DNA of 64,000 nucleotides from Bugula neritina (Eukaryota; Animalia; Bryozoa): assembly GCA_964035545.1 (NCBI GenBank), contig OZ037769.1, positions 2,108,001-2,172,000 of the forward strand, written 5' to 3'. Shown here one piece after another: positions 28,501 to 41,309 of this stretch. A program made the position numbers and the translations under genes. Numbering within the stretch: the first letter of the stretch is position 1; every line of letters starts with the position of its first letter. Below the pieces are notes generated by a model, which was not told the DNA's origin, made no database searches, and saw nothing but the letters and a program-made list of their open reading frames with translations.

Positions 28501-29588
28501 ACAATATAATACAATATATCTGGTAGAATATAACATACATCGTATAATAATATAATATAATATAGTATAACGTATTATAAATATTTATTATAAATTGGTT
28601 AAGATCAGCGAGTTGCATGTTTGCCAAAGTCTAAACTCTAAAGATATAAAAGTATATACTGCATAAGACAAAAGACTGTCAACTTTTGACATAATAATGC
28701 AAGTGCCCTTACGCTGATGGCTGGTGACTTGCACACGGAGAATGTGAGAGACTTGGGACAGGTTGAGCTTCAGCCATTGGCCAGCCTCTTCTTTACTCTT
28801 AAAGTAGTTGAACTGTGAAAAGTTGCCGTCTACAGCCCGACTAGCGCATGTGAGGGAGTTGTCATAACATGAGCTACTTGAGACGGAAATACCAGCAGCT
28901 ACCTTAGCACCCTCTGAAAGTAGAACATAGTACAAATTATTGTAAACAAGTTATATATTATAATTTATACTCCAGACTTATGAATGACACTTTAATAAAA
29001 CGCAGTGATTTTTTGCTTCTAACAAACAAAAAGTTATATTTATATTTAAATAATGACAAAAGTATTTAAAATGGGTGTTGAGCACGTAGATGTAGTGGTC
29101 TAACAAGTGAAACAGATATAATTAAAAAAAACTTTTTGGTGATATTCTACATTTTATTACGATGACTATGATGTAATTATTAGTCTTACTATCTATTATT
29201 ATTGCAGTGTAAAAAAATTAACTATTGTTAGTGCATGCATGCTTGTCTAGCTAAGAGCAAACAGTAAACAAAAACAAACACTTGAAATTATAATATGAAG
29301 AATTCTCCCATTGCTATAAAAATTAGTTTATATATAGGTGAGGGTTGGCATTGCAGTTATACTGAAGTAAGCAGAAATTATTCGGTATGTTTATCAACAA
29401 AATTTATTTGGGAGGAAAAATTACATAATATGCAGAGATAGACTTTATATAATCAAGAAAAATGCAATATGGCTTCCAAAAACAATGAGGCTAATAACAA
29501 GTTCCAAAAACATAATAATTTACTTACCAAGCAGGTTAGCAGTGATGATATAAAAGAGAACTAGATAAATTATATTGACAGCTTTCAT
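22543..29588 (-). CDS. Type-I membrane receptor-like protein: signal peptide, 2x F5/8 type C/F-type-lectin-like, 2x FN3, sushi/CCP, TM, Tyr-rich cytoplasmic tail; ~11 exons
   Basis: Exon 1 29588-29528 MKAVNIIYLVLFYIITANLL; NVAYNKSVTCSS..AAVN..QWWMVSLG and ASRAVDGN..QWLKLNL (discoidin-like); PWNL..VNVSWDHP and VNFSVKAINDEG (FN3); CELPPQIINA..AVYSCEEGF..LTC..W..LPRC (CCP, 23519-23312); TM VSTGLVSLVLGLIIVITIWLY followed by HKRSRAKK. Confidence 0.85.
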
Positions 29589-30380
29589 ACTGACTACGTG
29601 CAGACTTAAAAGGGAGTGGACACTTAGAACAGGTTGCAGCTGGTGTATTGTGTAGAACACAATAAGAAAGAATGATACCATGTAGCAACAATTATTAGAG
29701 AATAAAATATGGAAATGATATTTAGTAAATGATGGATGACCAAATTTTATCTTTAGATAAGGGCTAATTACTTCATACAACGTGGCAAAAAACATACGTA
29801 TGCAGTGTTTAGAGAGTAAACTCTGAGTACGAATGTATAATAGGGTTTCCGAATAAGATAAACAGATATTTATTCGCTAGAGTTGACACAGGCCGCAAAT
29901 CAAAACATCTAATTCAAAATTCTAGATTTATAGCAATTATAAAAGCACTAAATGTTGACGAAACCTTTCCAACATCTTATGCTAATAAAAACAGAGAAGA
30001 ATGGAAGGTAATGGACTGTGCTGCAACTGTATGGAACAGGGTCCTAGCTTATAATTTGTTATAAATAATAAATTCACAATATAGTTAGAGGTTGTTTACA
30101 TGGAGAGAGCTATGTGATGTCAATGCAGCATGAGACACCCATTTAAAATATTTTATGACACCTACAAGACACATTGCATGACACCTAAGTGACCATTAAA
30201 ATATGTGGTGGTCATAATACGATATACTTAACCAGACGCAATGGTGGGCATTACAAACGAAGCACATTTATAGATATATTGTTTTAAAAGTTCTAAACTG
30301 AGAAAAAATTGGTATAGTGTAGCAACCCTTTCTTTAAAACAATGAAAGACGGATTGAAATTTTCAATAATAAATTATCTT

Positions 30381-33300
30381 TTAAAATTTCGAATGACCAA
30401 AAAGTATTTTTTTGAAATCCGGACTGCTCTCAAGTTTCTCCATTTTTATAGCGTATTGAATAAGTGCCAGATGACAGAATAGATATTGGTCTGGCATCTG
30501 TATGCTGAACGCCCTCTGTCTTCTAATGTTTCTCACTATTCTTTCAACATTAACTCTAGCTGTAGTTTCATACATGTCCAATGCAATGTCAATCGCAATA
30601 AATGTACCTACAAAATATATGTCCACATATTACTGACTGCATTTTCATTTCTGTTACAGTATTTAAAACCAGACCTCAAATTTTCAAATAAAATACGATG
30701 CATTTATCAGCTAGCTACAGAAAGGGCAAGACTTTTCACAATGTGTAGCAGGTAGTTCACATACCTGTACGCCCAATTCCTGCACTACAATGAACGATTA
30801 TTGGTGGCTTTGTAGAGTGGAGCTGAAATAAAATAAAATCTATGAAGAAAAAGTTAATAAAAATAAATTATTTAGTGCAATAAAAGGGGCAGTCGCGCAT
30901 TGATAAGAACATTTATTATTTTAAAAAACACAATATAATCACACTAACGTAGAACAAAAGTATTTTTAATGCAATTTTGTGTAAAAAAATAAAACAGTAA
31001 ACTGAGATGACCAATCATTTCAAACAAACGAAAGCAGATCTATACAAAAACATGTTGATAATGCAACAAAGAATGTGCAAAATTATATAAAAAAATTTCC
31101 AATAAATACTAAAAGAAAGCAATATGACTAATATCATACTTGTATACATCTAAATTATGGAATTTGGTTTATCTTGGAAGCACAGGTGAGTAGTTCACAG
31201 GTAAAAATTCATAGCGTGAGGGCAACAAAATTAGTCAACAGATAATAATGCTGAAATATCTTGAACAGCTTCTAATTTGCCCATCATTTTGGCATAGCGA
31301 ATGAGAGTGAGGTGACAGAAGAGGTACTGAGCTGGTGTCTCTACACTGAATGCCCTTTGATGTCTAATATTCTTCACAACTCGCTGGATGTTGGACAGCC
31401 CAGTGGCTTCATACATGTATAATGAGATGTCTATTGTTATCAATGTGCCTACAAAAACAATAACCTATGTAGAGATCTATACATCAAGAGCATGGTGAGT
31501 AAATAGTCTCACGCTGTGTTTTAGTAGAAAGTTTAGTAATTTTAGTATTCAAAACAAAGTTAGGTGCATATTAAAATAAATTCTACAAATTAAAATGCAT
31601 CATTCAGGGATCATTCATTCAACATGTTGCGACTTTTGTATCTTTATTGCACTATTGTGCTACGCATTTTAGACTTTCAATACATTAGGGGGAAATGGTA
31701 ACAAGCTAAGCATAGAAAAACTTCGTGTTATGCAAGAAATAAAAATAACTTACCTGTTCGACCGATTCCGGCGCTACAATGCACCAGAAGGGGATGTCCT
31801 TGCGAGCGACGCTAAAGCAAAAAATATTTCATGACCAAGTCATGCCGTGTGCAACAGACGAAATACTTTACTGCAAAAAAAGTCACTGCAGACGATTAAA
31901 TAATGAGGAAGTTGAAAGATGAACCTAAATCTCAGCGCATCAAGTCACGTGACCAGTCACCTGACATCAGTTTATATGTTATATAGTTAGATATTTTCCT
32001 AAGCAGCACTGACTAGATAAGAGTGATGGCGTGCAACTGGCATTTACAGGAAAACACAACTCACAATAGTATTAACAAAATTATTTGAAAACCAATGTCG
32101 TGATTAAATGATATCCAGTACCATTTTGATTATTACAACGACCAGGTACTAATTAAAATTTTATTTTGTTAAAAAAAATTGAATAAACAATGCATTGGAA
32201 AATCATTTATGTGAGTGAAACTTTAGTAAATTGATCAAGTAATAGTGTTGAGTATGAACAGACAGACTTAGAGCATGAACACGTAGGGGTCAATCTGTTG
32301 TATAAAAGGGGTTGCAACACTCGGACACTTTAATGGGAAACTCTTATGACAAGCATTTGCCATTATACAACAAAATATTCTTTAATTGCATCTGAGAAAA
32401 ATCTAGCTTGTGCATTTCATCTTTTACAATTCTACTTCTACTACTTTTAGCTATTATACTTGTGCTAGTTTATCACTGAATGGTGAATGAATCTTGTTTT
32501 GTGTAATAAAAAAGTTCTATACGTTTATGAGAATTGTTTGCTCAAAAGATAGATAAAAAAAGTTAAAACAAAGTTTATGTAAAGCAATGGCTGAGTTACA
32601 TTGAAATGAAGTCCATAAAAATAATTATTCTTCTCACCCAAGGATCTGTATATATGTGACTTCAAAGATATCATTATCATTTGCATCATACTTGGAACAG
32701 GAGAAAACAAAATGATTGAATTGTTGACTTTTACCCATGACAACCATAATGAACTAATACAAAAAAGCCCTACCAAAAACCATTACACTTCAAAAATATA
32801 AAATAATTTGCGATTATTCACATGTGAAAAATAATCATGGAATACACCAGGTTTGAATGCTCAATAATGCTTCTAGTAGACCGAGTTCTACGCTTACTTT
32901 TCTAATTAAGGATCAATTTCAACATTTCTACGGAACTAAATTAACACACACTAACTACGCGCACACACACACAGCTTACGATAAACACAGGTAACTCACC
33001 TTTATGTCCGCAGTGAAGTCACGCTGTGCTTTGCGAACCTCAAAGAGAAACTCCAGAAAACTGCTGGAATCTGCAGGAACTCCTTGATCTGGCCAACTGA
33101 GATACTGGAGGTGCTTTATGTGTCTCACCTCTTTAGTCTATGAAGAAATTGTGGTCAGAAGATATGATATACTCAATATTAGATATACAAGGCAGATAAT
33201 GGCTACATATATTATGTGTGCTTACCCAGTAAACAACCAACCAACTGTGAAAGGAACTAAAAGAACTTCACTCACGCAAATTTATAGTCACTTTCCCTGT

Positions 33301-35386
33301 TAGAGCGCTGAGGATAAATTGGTTAAAATCGGGCTAAAGACTTATTCATATGTAGGAGCAATTATGACTGGACGCTATTCCTAACATCACCAATAGCTTT
33401 TACTGGGAATCGAACTAAGAAAAAAGAAACTAAAGATGTTTAGTGACCTACCTCTTTATGAGTAGCTTCCAGCAGGGTGATCTGATAGTCTCCTTTGTTA
33501 GCTATACCCAAATTGACCACCTTAATCTTCCCATAATCCACAGTCTCCAGGGGTTCTAATGGCCAGTAGGCGTCACATTTTACTCTACCTCTTTCTGCCA
33601 GTCTAAAATATAATTTGTTTACATATTAAAGAGTATTAATCTATGGGTTCAATGACAATCTAAATACAAATAGCCAATTTGTGTGTGCTCGCAATCAACC
33701 TACCTCTATTGGTATTAGAAACAAAATATGCTATGTAATTCAAACTACCTAAATGTAAATTATAATCAAAACCCTAAACTAATTTTGCAACAAGCTGATG
33801 GAAATATATAACAAGATATCATTGCAATTTTCCGAAAACTAGTATACTAAAAACATGTGACTCTATCGAATAACTCACTTGGTTGTCATGACGATGACCC
33901 TGACATTCTCCTGGAAAATTAGTCTCCACTGATCTTTGACTGTGTGCTCTAGAGGTCCCTGAGTAGAGATGTATGCCTTCTTATGATCAAATCCATCCAC
34001 ATAGTTAGCATTGATATAGTCTGACTTATACGACTCCCCCTTCAATATCACACGACTCACGTCCAGACATAAAACGTCCGAGTAACGATTCTTTGACAAG
34101 TTCTCTGGTAATCTACATATCATGTTGGCGATAAATTCTTAAATGAAAGATTTACTACAAATTTACAAAATCTTACTAACATACCAGATACTAGAAGAAG
34201 TGTACTGCTTAGAGGTAATAAATAAAATTGTGAATATGATAAAACGAACACTCAGACAAAAAATTCTCAGTACTTCGATATTTCAATAAAAATTCATTTG
34301 ATTTACTTTGAAGTTTTAAAGTCCATTGCAGGCTCAGCTGACTTTAGTTCAAGGTATTCTCCAATCAAACCATGTCGACCTCTACTTTGGCAATGAGTGA
34401 TGAACTGCTGAATGGATTTGCTAGCATACACCCCGGGAAGACTACCATACTCAGACTTCAAGTGAGTGTTAGAATGTAATGCTGACTGTTTCCCTTTGAT
34501 CTGTTGTAAAAGTAGAAAACAACTAATGACTAGTAAATCATACTTCGCATAACTTCACCGACTGACGCTAGCTGAAGAACAATATTCTAGCATTATATAA
34601 GTACAGTTGCACTTTAGAATTTGAACTTGATCAGCGTGATATGAATATTTCGTTATACAGAAAATTGGTTGCCTGCACTTAAAGCAAACCTATAAACATG
34701 AAAATAATTCTAAGACATCAGCAGTGTACTCTTGGAGTGTATTTCAAATATATCAATAACTATGTCACAGGCCCAGCAAAAATGTGTCCTTATCCGTTTC
34801 AAAGTTATCAAAAATTAAGTCAACAGAATTCACGATCAACAAACTTGCCGTCAAATATAATAGACTACAGTATGATGCATTCTCTTAAATGTATAATAAA
34901 ATTAATTTTTGTTAGCATGCATGACAAATACTAGTTTAAGCTTCTCAAATACAGGAAAAATGTAATATAAATCAACTAGATATAAGACTGTACCTTGTAA
35001 CCAGTGGTCTTGCTAACTTCAAGTTGGGAAAGCTTTGCACACTGGCGAAAAGGTCCTGAAATTTATTTTGTCCATTAGAACACTATTTTTACTATGTCAG
35101 TGTACATGGACATATGTTTAGTACGAAATATACTAGCTTCAACTATACCAATCGTTATGACTACCAGAAAACTTATTTATTTTGCAGTATTTGTTTAAAA
35201 AAGTATTAAATTGATATTATTGGTCAAATGACTAACAGAAAATTTTTTTAACGGGCACACAAACAAGAATTAAGATCCTGTTCTACCTTTGAATATTGAC
35301 ATTTTCGAGCACGTGTGGTCTGGAGATGACCTCATTATTTGTAGACAGGCAAGCAAGTAGACTGCACTTGGCGAAGGAGTCTTCAT
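30381..35386 (-). CDS. Non-receptor protein tyrosine phosphatase B (PTPN9/MEG2-like catalytic domain) with two alternative 3' exon pairs: proximal 31811-31754 + 31448-31231, distal 30822-30765 + 30607-30381
   Basis: Shared exons 35386-35287, ~35055-34994, 34500-34307, ~34112-33879 (KNRYSDVLCLD..DYINAN..TQGP), ~33602-33452 (KCDAYWP), ~33137-33000 (WPDQGVP). Two HCSAGIGRTG exons and two QRAFS..QYLFC terminal exons, each with its own stop. Confidence 0.88.
33293..33418 (-). mobile_element. 5'-truncated copy of the tRNA-derived SINE, in a PTP-B intron
   Basis: gggctaaagacttatt...agcaattatgactggacgctattcctaacatcaccaatagc...gggaatcgaac matches ~39445-39535. Confidence 0.75.
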
Positions 35387-36373
35387 CCTTACACAATCAG
35401 AACTAGGTAGCTTGGTTTTGTCTAAGAAAATTCAAAATGAAGAATATCTCAAAATCTCAAACGAACTATGAATAAAACTCGTACAGCGATTATATTTAAT
35501 TAAAATCAATGTTCACAGACAATGCGAATATCAATAGTCACAGTGATAGAGTTAAACATCAACATGAATATGTGTATAGCTATTACTATAAGTATATCAA
35601 TATGAATATTTGTAGCAATACTAATAATAAGTAATATTCATATTCATATTGTATATTAAATCCCAATTCCAAGACCAATGAACTCACCAATCACCAATGT
35701 GAATATCAATTTGAATATGAATACCTTTCTTGTCCAATTAAGGAAATTTTTATTTGTGATCTAACAAAAAATTAAGTCAACTTCGTATTCATGCAGCTGC
35801 ATGATTTACGTTCAGTGGTATTACTCTGATATGTATCATAAATTCTAGAATTTGTCCAGAGTAGTACCGTTAGTACGTCTGCCGATTGCAATTGTAGTGA
35901 TCTCCATAAATTAGTAATTAAAGCGAAACTACTCATACTACAAAAATATTACTGTGCTCGCTGATGATAGATAAATAATATTTTAAAATGAGCCGGCTTT
36001 ACGATATAAATACTGATAATGATTGCGACAATCTACAGGATTGAATACGAACACCTCTGATTTTACCTGAAAATCTATTGCTTGAAGAAACAACTCCTAA
36101 CACAGTACGACCTGCAAGTATTGCATTCTTCCTTTGCAAATGTTGTATTTATTACCTTAAATGTAGCTGAAATGAATAATCACAGTAGAGTATTCTTCAG
36201 TCAAATAATATACGTGTTGAGTTAAATCTGTTGAGACACGAATTTCCGAAATATTATATTCTCCAACTTTATTCAAAGTTCTGAGTCGCACCATGAAACA
36301 AATTGTCAAAAATAGACTTACAATCAATCTGATTAGCTATGATACTTTCAAAATCAATCATCTCAAGCAAAAA

Positions 36374-39300
36374 TCAATCATCAAACAATAGTTCTTGAAA
36401 GTCTATGTTAGTTTTTAGTTTCCCCATTTTTATAGCGTATTGAATGAGTGCCAGATGACAGAACAGATATTGGTCAGGCATCTGAATGCTGAACGCCCTC
36501 TGTCTTCTAATGTTCCTCACTATTTTGATGATGTTGGTTTTAGCTGTAGCGTCAAACATGTACACCGATATATCCACAGCAATGAAAGTTCCTACAAAAT
36601 AGTAAACATACTTCAGCCATAATCACAGAGAAATATTAAAAAATTTATACAAAATAATTGCCATAAATAGTTTCCTTCATAAATTATAAAATATGAACCA
36701 CAAACCTGTTCGCCCGATACCAGCACTGCAATGCACCACAATAGGAGGGCCTCTAGGGTGAAGCTAAAATAAAAAAACAAGTTATTTTACAAAAAATAAT
36801 ACAAACTTATACTAATTGTGATATCACTCTAAAACAAGTAAATGGAGTGTTTATTAAAGCTTTGCATTCAAAATGGCATCAACAAACAATATCATTTTTA
36901 AATATCCAACACTTACAACACTGTGTTTATATAACATTACATGTATTAGCTTATATAATACTTCTTTGATCTATAAAATATTCTATTATTTCATAAAATA
37001 TTGCATCAGTTTATAAAATATTGCGATAGTTTAGAACAAAAACAATGGTGGCTAATGTACCTTCCAGTTGATTCCTTTTGTGAATTCATGCTGAGCTTTT
37101 CTCACGTGAAAAAGAAACTTGAGAAATCCGTTGGCGTCTGGTGGAACCCCGTAGTCCGGCCAGCTCAGGAAAAGGAAGTGCTTCATCTTTCTTACCTCTA
37201 GAGTCTGAGAAACAAAAACAGTAACACAAGAATGGAGTGGAGAGGTAGTACGCATAGAAAAGGTGGTGAAGCCAATAGATTAGACGATTTCTGTTTCACA
37301 TAGGATTGACTGATTGATTACATATCACAGACACGAAAACACATCGTGGAACTCAGTGTAAATACTGGTCATCATAAGTAGATGTGAACAAAAGTAGAGA
37401 AAAAAAAACACATAAAGTTAGGACTTTGTTGGATTATTTAAAAAGATCATTTAAAGTAATTACAAAGTGTCGTAAAAACTATCCATGCCCCATGCTCTTT
37501 TATGGAAATGCCTAAGAACTTTACAATTTTCGGTCCTACATCTGATACTCTAAACTAAAAGAAGCCAGTGTTTGAGAACATCTACCTGACAGTCATATAT
37601 AAACTGTATATCACAAGGTGTACCTCTTTATGAGTAGCTTCCAGCAGAGTGATCTGATAGTCTCCTTTGTTAGCTATACCCAGATTAACCACCTTAATCT
37701 TCCCATAATCCACAGTCTCCAGGGGTTCTAACGGCCAGTATGCGTCACACTTTATACGACCTCTTTCTGCCAGTCTAAAATAAAAATGTGTAATACTTGA
37801 ATACCATTCAGAATATATCAATGACAAAACCATCATAAAATAATGCTATATGTTAGGAAGCTTTCTGAAAACTATAAATTCACAGATTACACGAATCTTT
37901 CGAAACATCATGGCATCGAAGATTAGGGTTAATGAAAAAAAGAGTGTTTAGCTTATAAGTATATTTGGCTCTGCAAAGAAATTATTGTTGAAAATCAGCA
38001 CATGAAAAACAGAAGCTGGTAAAAAATAGCAGGTTCAAACTAGTTGGGAAACCCAGGGAAATTCCGGCACATCATTATAATACTTATGCAATGTGCTAGA
38101 AACAGTGGGACTTTGCACCCAATTCCTGTATAATAGCTACTAGGTTGACTTTTGTATATGTGGGTGTATATGCGGGTGTATACACGTGGATGGGAAAGTG
38201 GGTGTGCGTGTGATGAACACATTGGTGTGTGCTTCTGTGAGTTCGTGTGAGTGTCATCATTGAATGAAATTAAAACCTTAGTCCGGAAAAAAGCTCAATC
38301 GCCATAAGTGACAGAATAAGGATTTTAAAAGTTAATAACATTTTAATCCTAATATCTTAAATCACTAACTTATAATATCAAAGGCTATGATATACTTAAT
38401 AAAATACTGAAGGTGAAGTCAACCTTACACTAAGCAGTAAAGTATTTCCTAGCACTCAACACAGTTTGTGACTGCAGCAAATGACTCACTTGGTTGTCAT
38501 GACGATGACCCTGACATTCTCCTGAAAAATTAGTCTCCACTGATCTTTGACTGTGTGCTCTAGAGGTCCCTGAGTAGAGATGTATGCCTTCTTATGATCA
38601 AATCCATCCACATAGTTAGCATTGATATAGTCTGACTCATACGACTCCCCCTTCAATATCACACGACTCACGTCCAGACATAGTACGTCTGCGTAACGAT
38701 TCTTTGACATGTTTTTTGACATCCTACAAATCATACTCACAACAATTACTAGTTATAGTAAAAACAGCAATATGAAGTGTTTAAATAAAACTTAAATAGA
38801 ATCATAAATGAAAATTTGTCATAAACCACTTTTAATTAGTTGTTCAGTTTTTTATTTATTACTAGTAATTTCGTGAATTAAGAGAAAAACTAAAACAGCA
38901 ATGATAATCTTGTCAATCAAAATAAATAAAAGTGAGTAAAGAGTTAGTCAAAACAAAAACGCCTCAAAAACACACTTTTACGATAAAAACTAGGCAGAAA
39001 AAAATATAGAAATAGTGAGCAATACTATAATAATCAGGTTTCTGAATCCTGCAAATAAAAGGCATATACTGGTTGCTAAATCAATATCTATCTACAAAGT
39101 GCGACTGACCTTGAAGTTCTAAAGTCCATAGCCGGTTCAGATGCCTTCAAATCATAATACTCATCAATCAAACCAGTTCTGCCCTTGACCTTACACTTGT
39201 CTACCAGCTGATTGATGTCTTTACCCGTATACAAGTTAGCTAGGGCACCGTAGGCGGGCTGAGAGGATGGGGGAGAGGAGGAAGCTAGGGCTGTGGCTAT

Positions 39301-40303
39301 CTGTTTCTCCTTATCTTCCTACAAACTAAGGTTATGTAGTTCTGTGGCTGTGTTGGCATCAAATATACATAATTAAAAAGCTCATGCCAGTTTATAGTCG
39401 CTATCCCTGTGAGAACCTTTAATGTAAAAGATTTTAGTTAAATTGGGCTAAAGACTTATTTAGATGAGGCACAGAAGCAATTATGACTGGATGCTCTTCC
39501 TAACATCATCAATGGCCTTTAATGGGGTTCGAACCCATGACTTCGTGCTTATTAGGCAAACGCATTAACCCCTAGACCACGACTTCTCTGGATATAATAT
39601 AAAGTAACAAGTGACTACCAGCTAAAGATCAATCAACTGTATATGCAGGGCTGATTCAGTAAGTTAATTCTCTTTGCTTATATGATGTTGGATATAAAAA
39701 CATGAGTAGCCAACTCCCTTGAAAGTAACATTACAACACAAGTTATCTCTCTAGAAAAGTGAGTAATGGAAGTAAAGACTGAGAACTGCAGAATGAGTTG
39801 CTCACCTTTATACTCTTCTGCAGATTGGCAGGTATGTCAGCCAGAGTCTGGTACGACTCTGCACCTCTTTTCAGAGGCCCTAAAAGTCACAGAAAACTTT
39901 TATATTGAGAAGACAAATCCAATGCAGAGTTTAATCTGTCAAATGCAGATATAATTTAGCTATGCTGATTGTGATTTGTCAATTAAAATTATACTACATA
40001 TAATGTACTATATGTAGTACATTATATATAGTATAATGTACTACATATAGTACAATGGACATGTCATAGTACATTTAGTAAATACACTAGGACTACACTA
40101 CACACTACATAGACTATAGCACCACCTACTATATATATAACACATGCAATATATTATGGCATATCAATACCTGCTGAGTTACGCTTTTTCCGCTTGATCT
40201 CTTCAAGATCGTCTAAGCCCATGCTAGACTTCATAGCCTTGAGCTCTCCAGCAGTTGGCTGCTTCATTTCACTCATTTTGGGGTTTTGCTTTGAACTAAG
40301 CAT
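36374..40303 (-). CDS. Non-receptor protein tyrosine phosphatase A (PTPN9/MEG2-like catalytic domain, short N-terminus), ~8 coding exons
   Basis: KNRYADVLCLD, DYINANYVDG, TQGP, KCDAYWP, WPDYGVP, HPRGPPIVVHCSAGIGRTG (36763-36706), RRQRAFSIQMPDQYLFC; N-terminus MLSSKQNPKMSEMKQ..KRKKR. Start codon uncertain (40303 or 40276). Confidence 0.9.
39394..39588 (-). mobile_element. tRNA-derived SINE, most complete copy in the window, in a PTP-A intron
   Basis: Minus strand has A-box-like TGGTCTAGGGG, anticodon-loop-like CTAATAA and B-box GGTTCGAACCC, followed by a non-tRNA body that recurs at ~33300 and ~21400. Confidence 0.8.
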
Positions 40304-41309
40304 GTGCAGACAAACTGCAAACAGACAGACAGACGTGATTAAGGCATTAGTGCAAATGTGAAAGCGGCAGCAGTAGTATTTGAAAACATGAACATAATAT
40401 GTATTAACACAACTCTACACAAACCATAACCAACAAAATTTATAAATAAAATAGTAGCATTGAAGCTAAAACTATATACCTTAAACTATCATGCATGCTA
40501 ATATTTATAGACATTGTATATATTTATTGAAAGCTTTATTATAATCAACAGTCTTACTAAATATATTGGCAAGACAGAATATTAATTAGCAATTATATCC
40601 AGGTGGGTTTACAAACTGACAGTCTCAATTATTAAATATACAGTAAAATGTTTAATATAAAGAAATCATTCCGTAATTGCTACTCTAACAATACAAAGGG
40701 GAGATAGGTGGGAAAAAGGTGAGAAAAGGTGAGAAAAAGGTGAGAAAATTGAGTAATTGCTGTAGATTTTGTAAAATGAACCAAGATCAGAGAAAAAGGT
40801 GCAACTGCTACAAATATTTCGATGACTATGTTAAATACTATAGGGTTTCAAAGAGTGAGTCACCTGAGGCTTACCTGGGCAAATACCTGAGAGCCTAAAT
40901 CAGTCTCCTCCAATCATAGGAGCTGGATATTAGCTACCATTTCATCAGTAGAGGCATTCCTGTGTGAGTACTAAACTTACCAGATTATTGAATGCTATTT
41001 AAAGTATGTGAAAAATAGAGATTGAAAAAATTGCCATTGTTAAATACTTTGGCAGATAATGAGAGTTATTGTGTTTACAGTAAAATTAGGTTTATTTAAT
41101 GAAAAAAGTAGTACTTTTGAACAAAAATCATCCTAAAACTGCTGACATATGACATGTTTTATATAAGGAACTTATTAGAGTGGGAGTTAGCTGCTCAAAT
41201 TAAGTGTAGGCTGTATTATAGCCCTGTTACTATACAATCTTTCATAGAAAAAGCTATAAAAAAGCTTTCAGAGCAAAAGTTATAAAAACTTTCAGAGAAA
41301 AAACTACAA

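Noticed and set aside
30381-30822. Distal PTP exon pair as a separate third gene, or as a tandem D2 domain
   Set aside because: No N-terminal PTP exons lie between 31231 and 30822, and the proximal terminal exon ends in a stop, so it can only be an alternative 3' end or a remnant
32525-32776. Possible extra WPD-loop exon for the second PTP cassette (LWLSW)
   Set aside because: No WPD motif or other similarity to the WPD exons; probably a chance intronic ORF
39514-39586. tRNA-Ile gene
   Set aside because: Acceptor and anticodon stems pair poorly, and it is fused to a repeated body, so it is a SINE head
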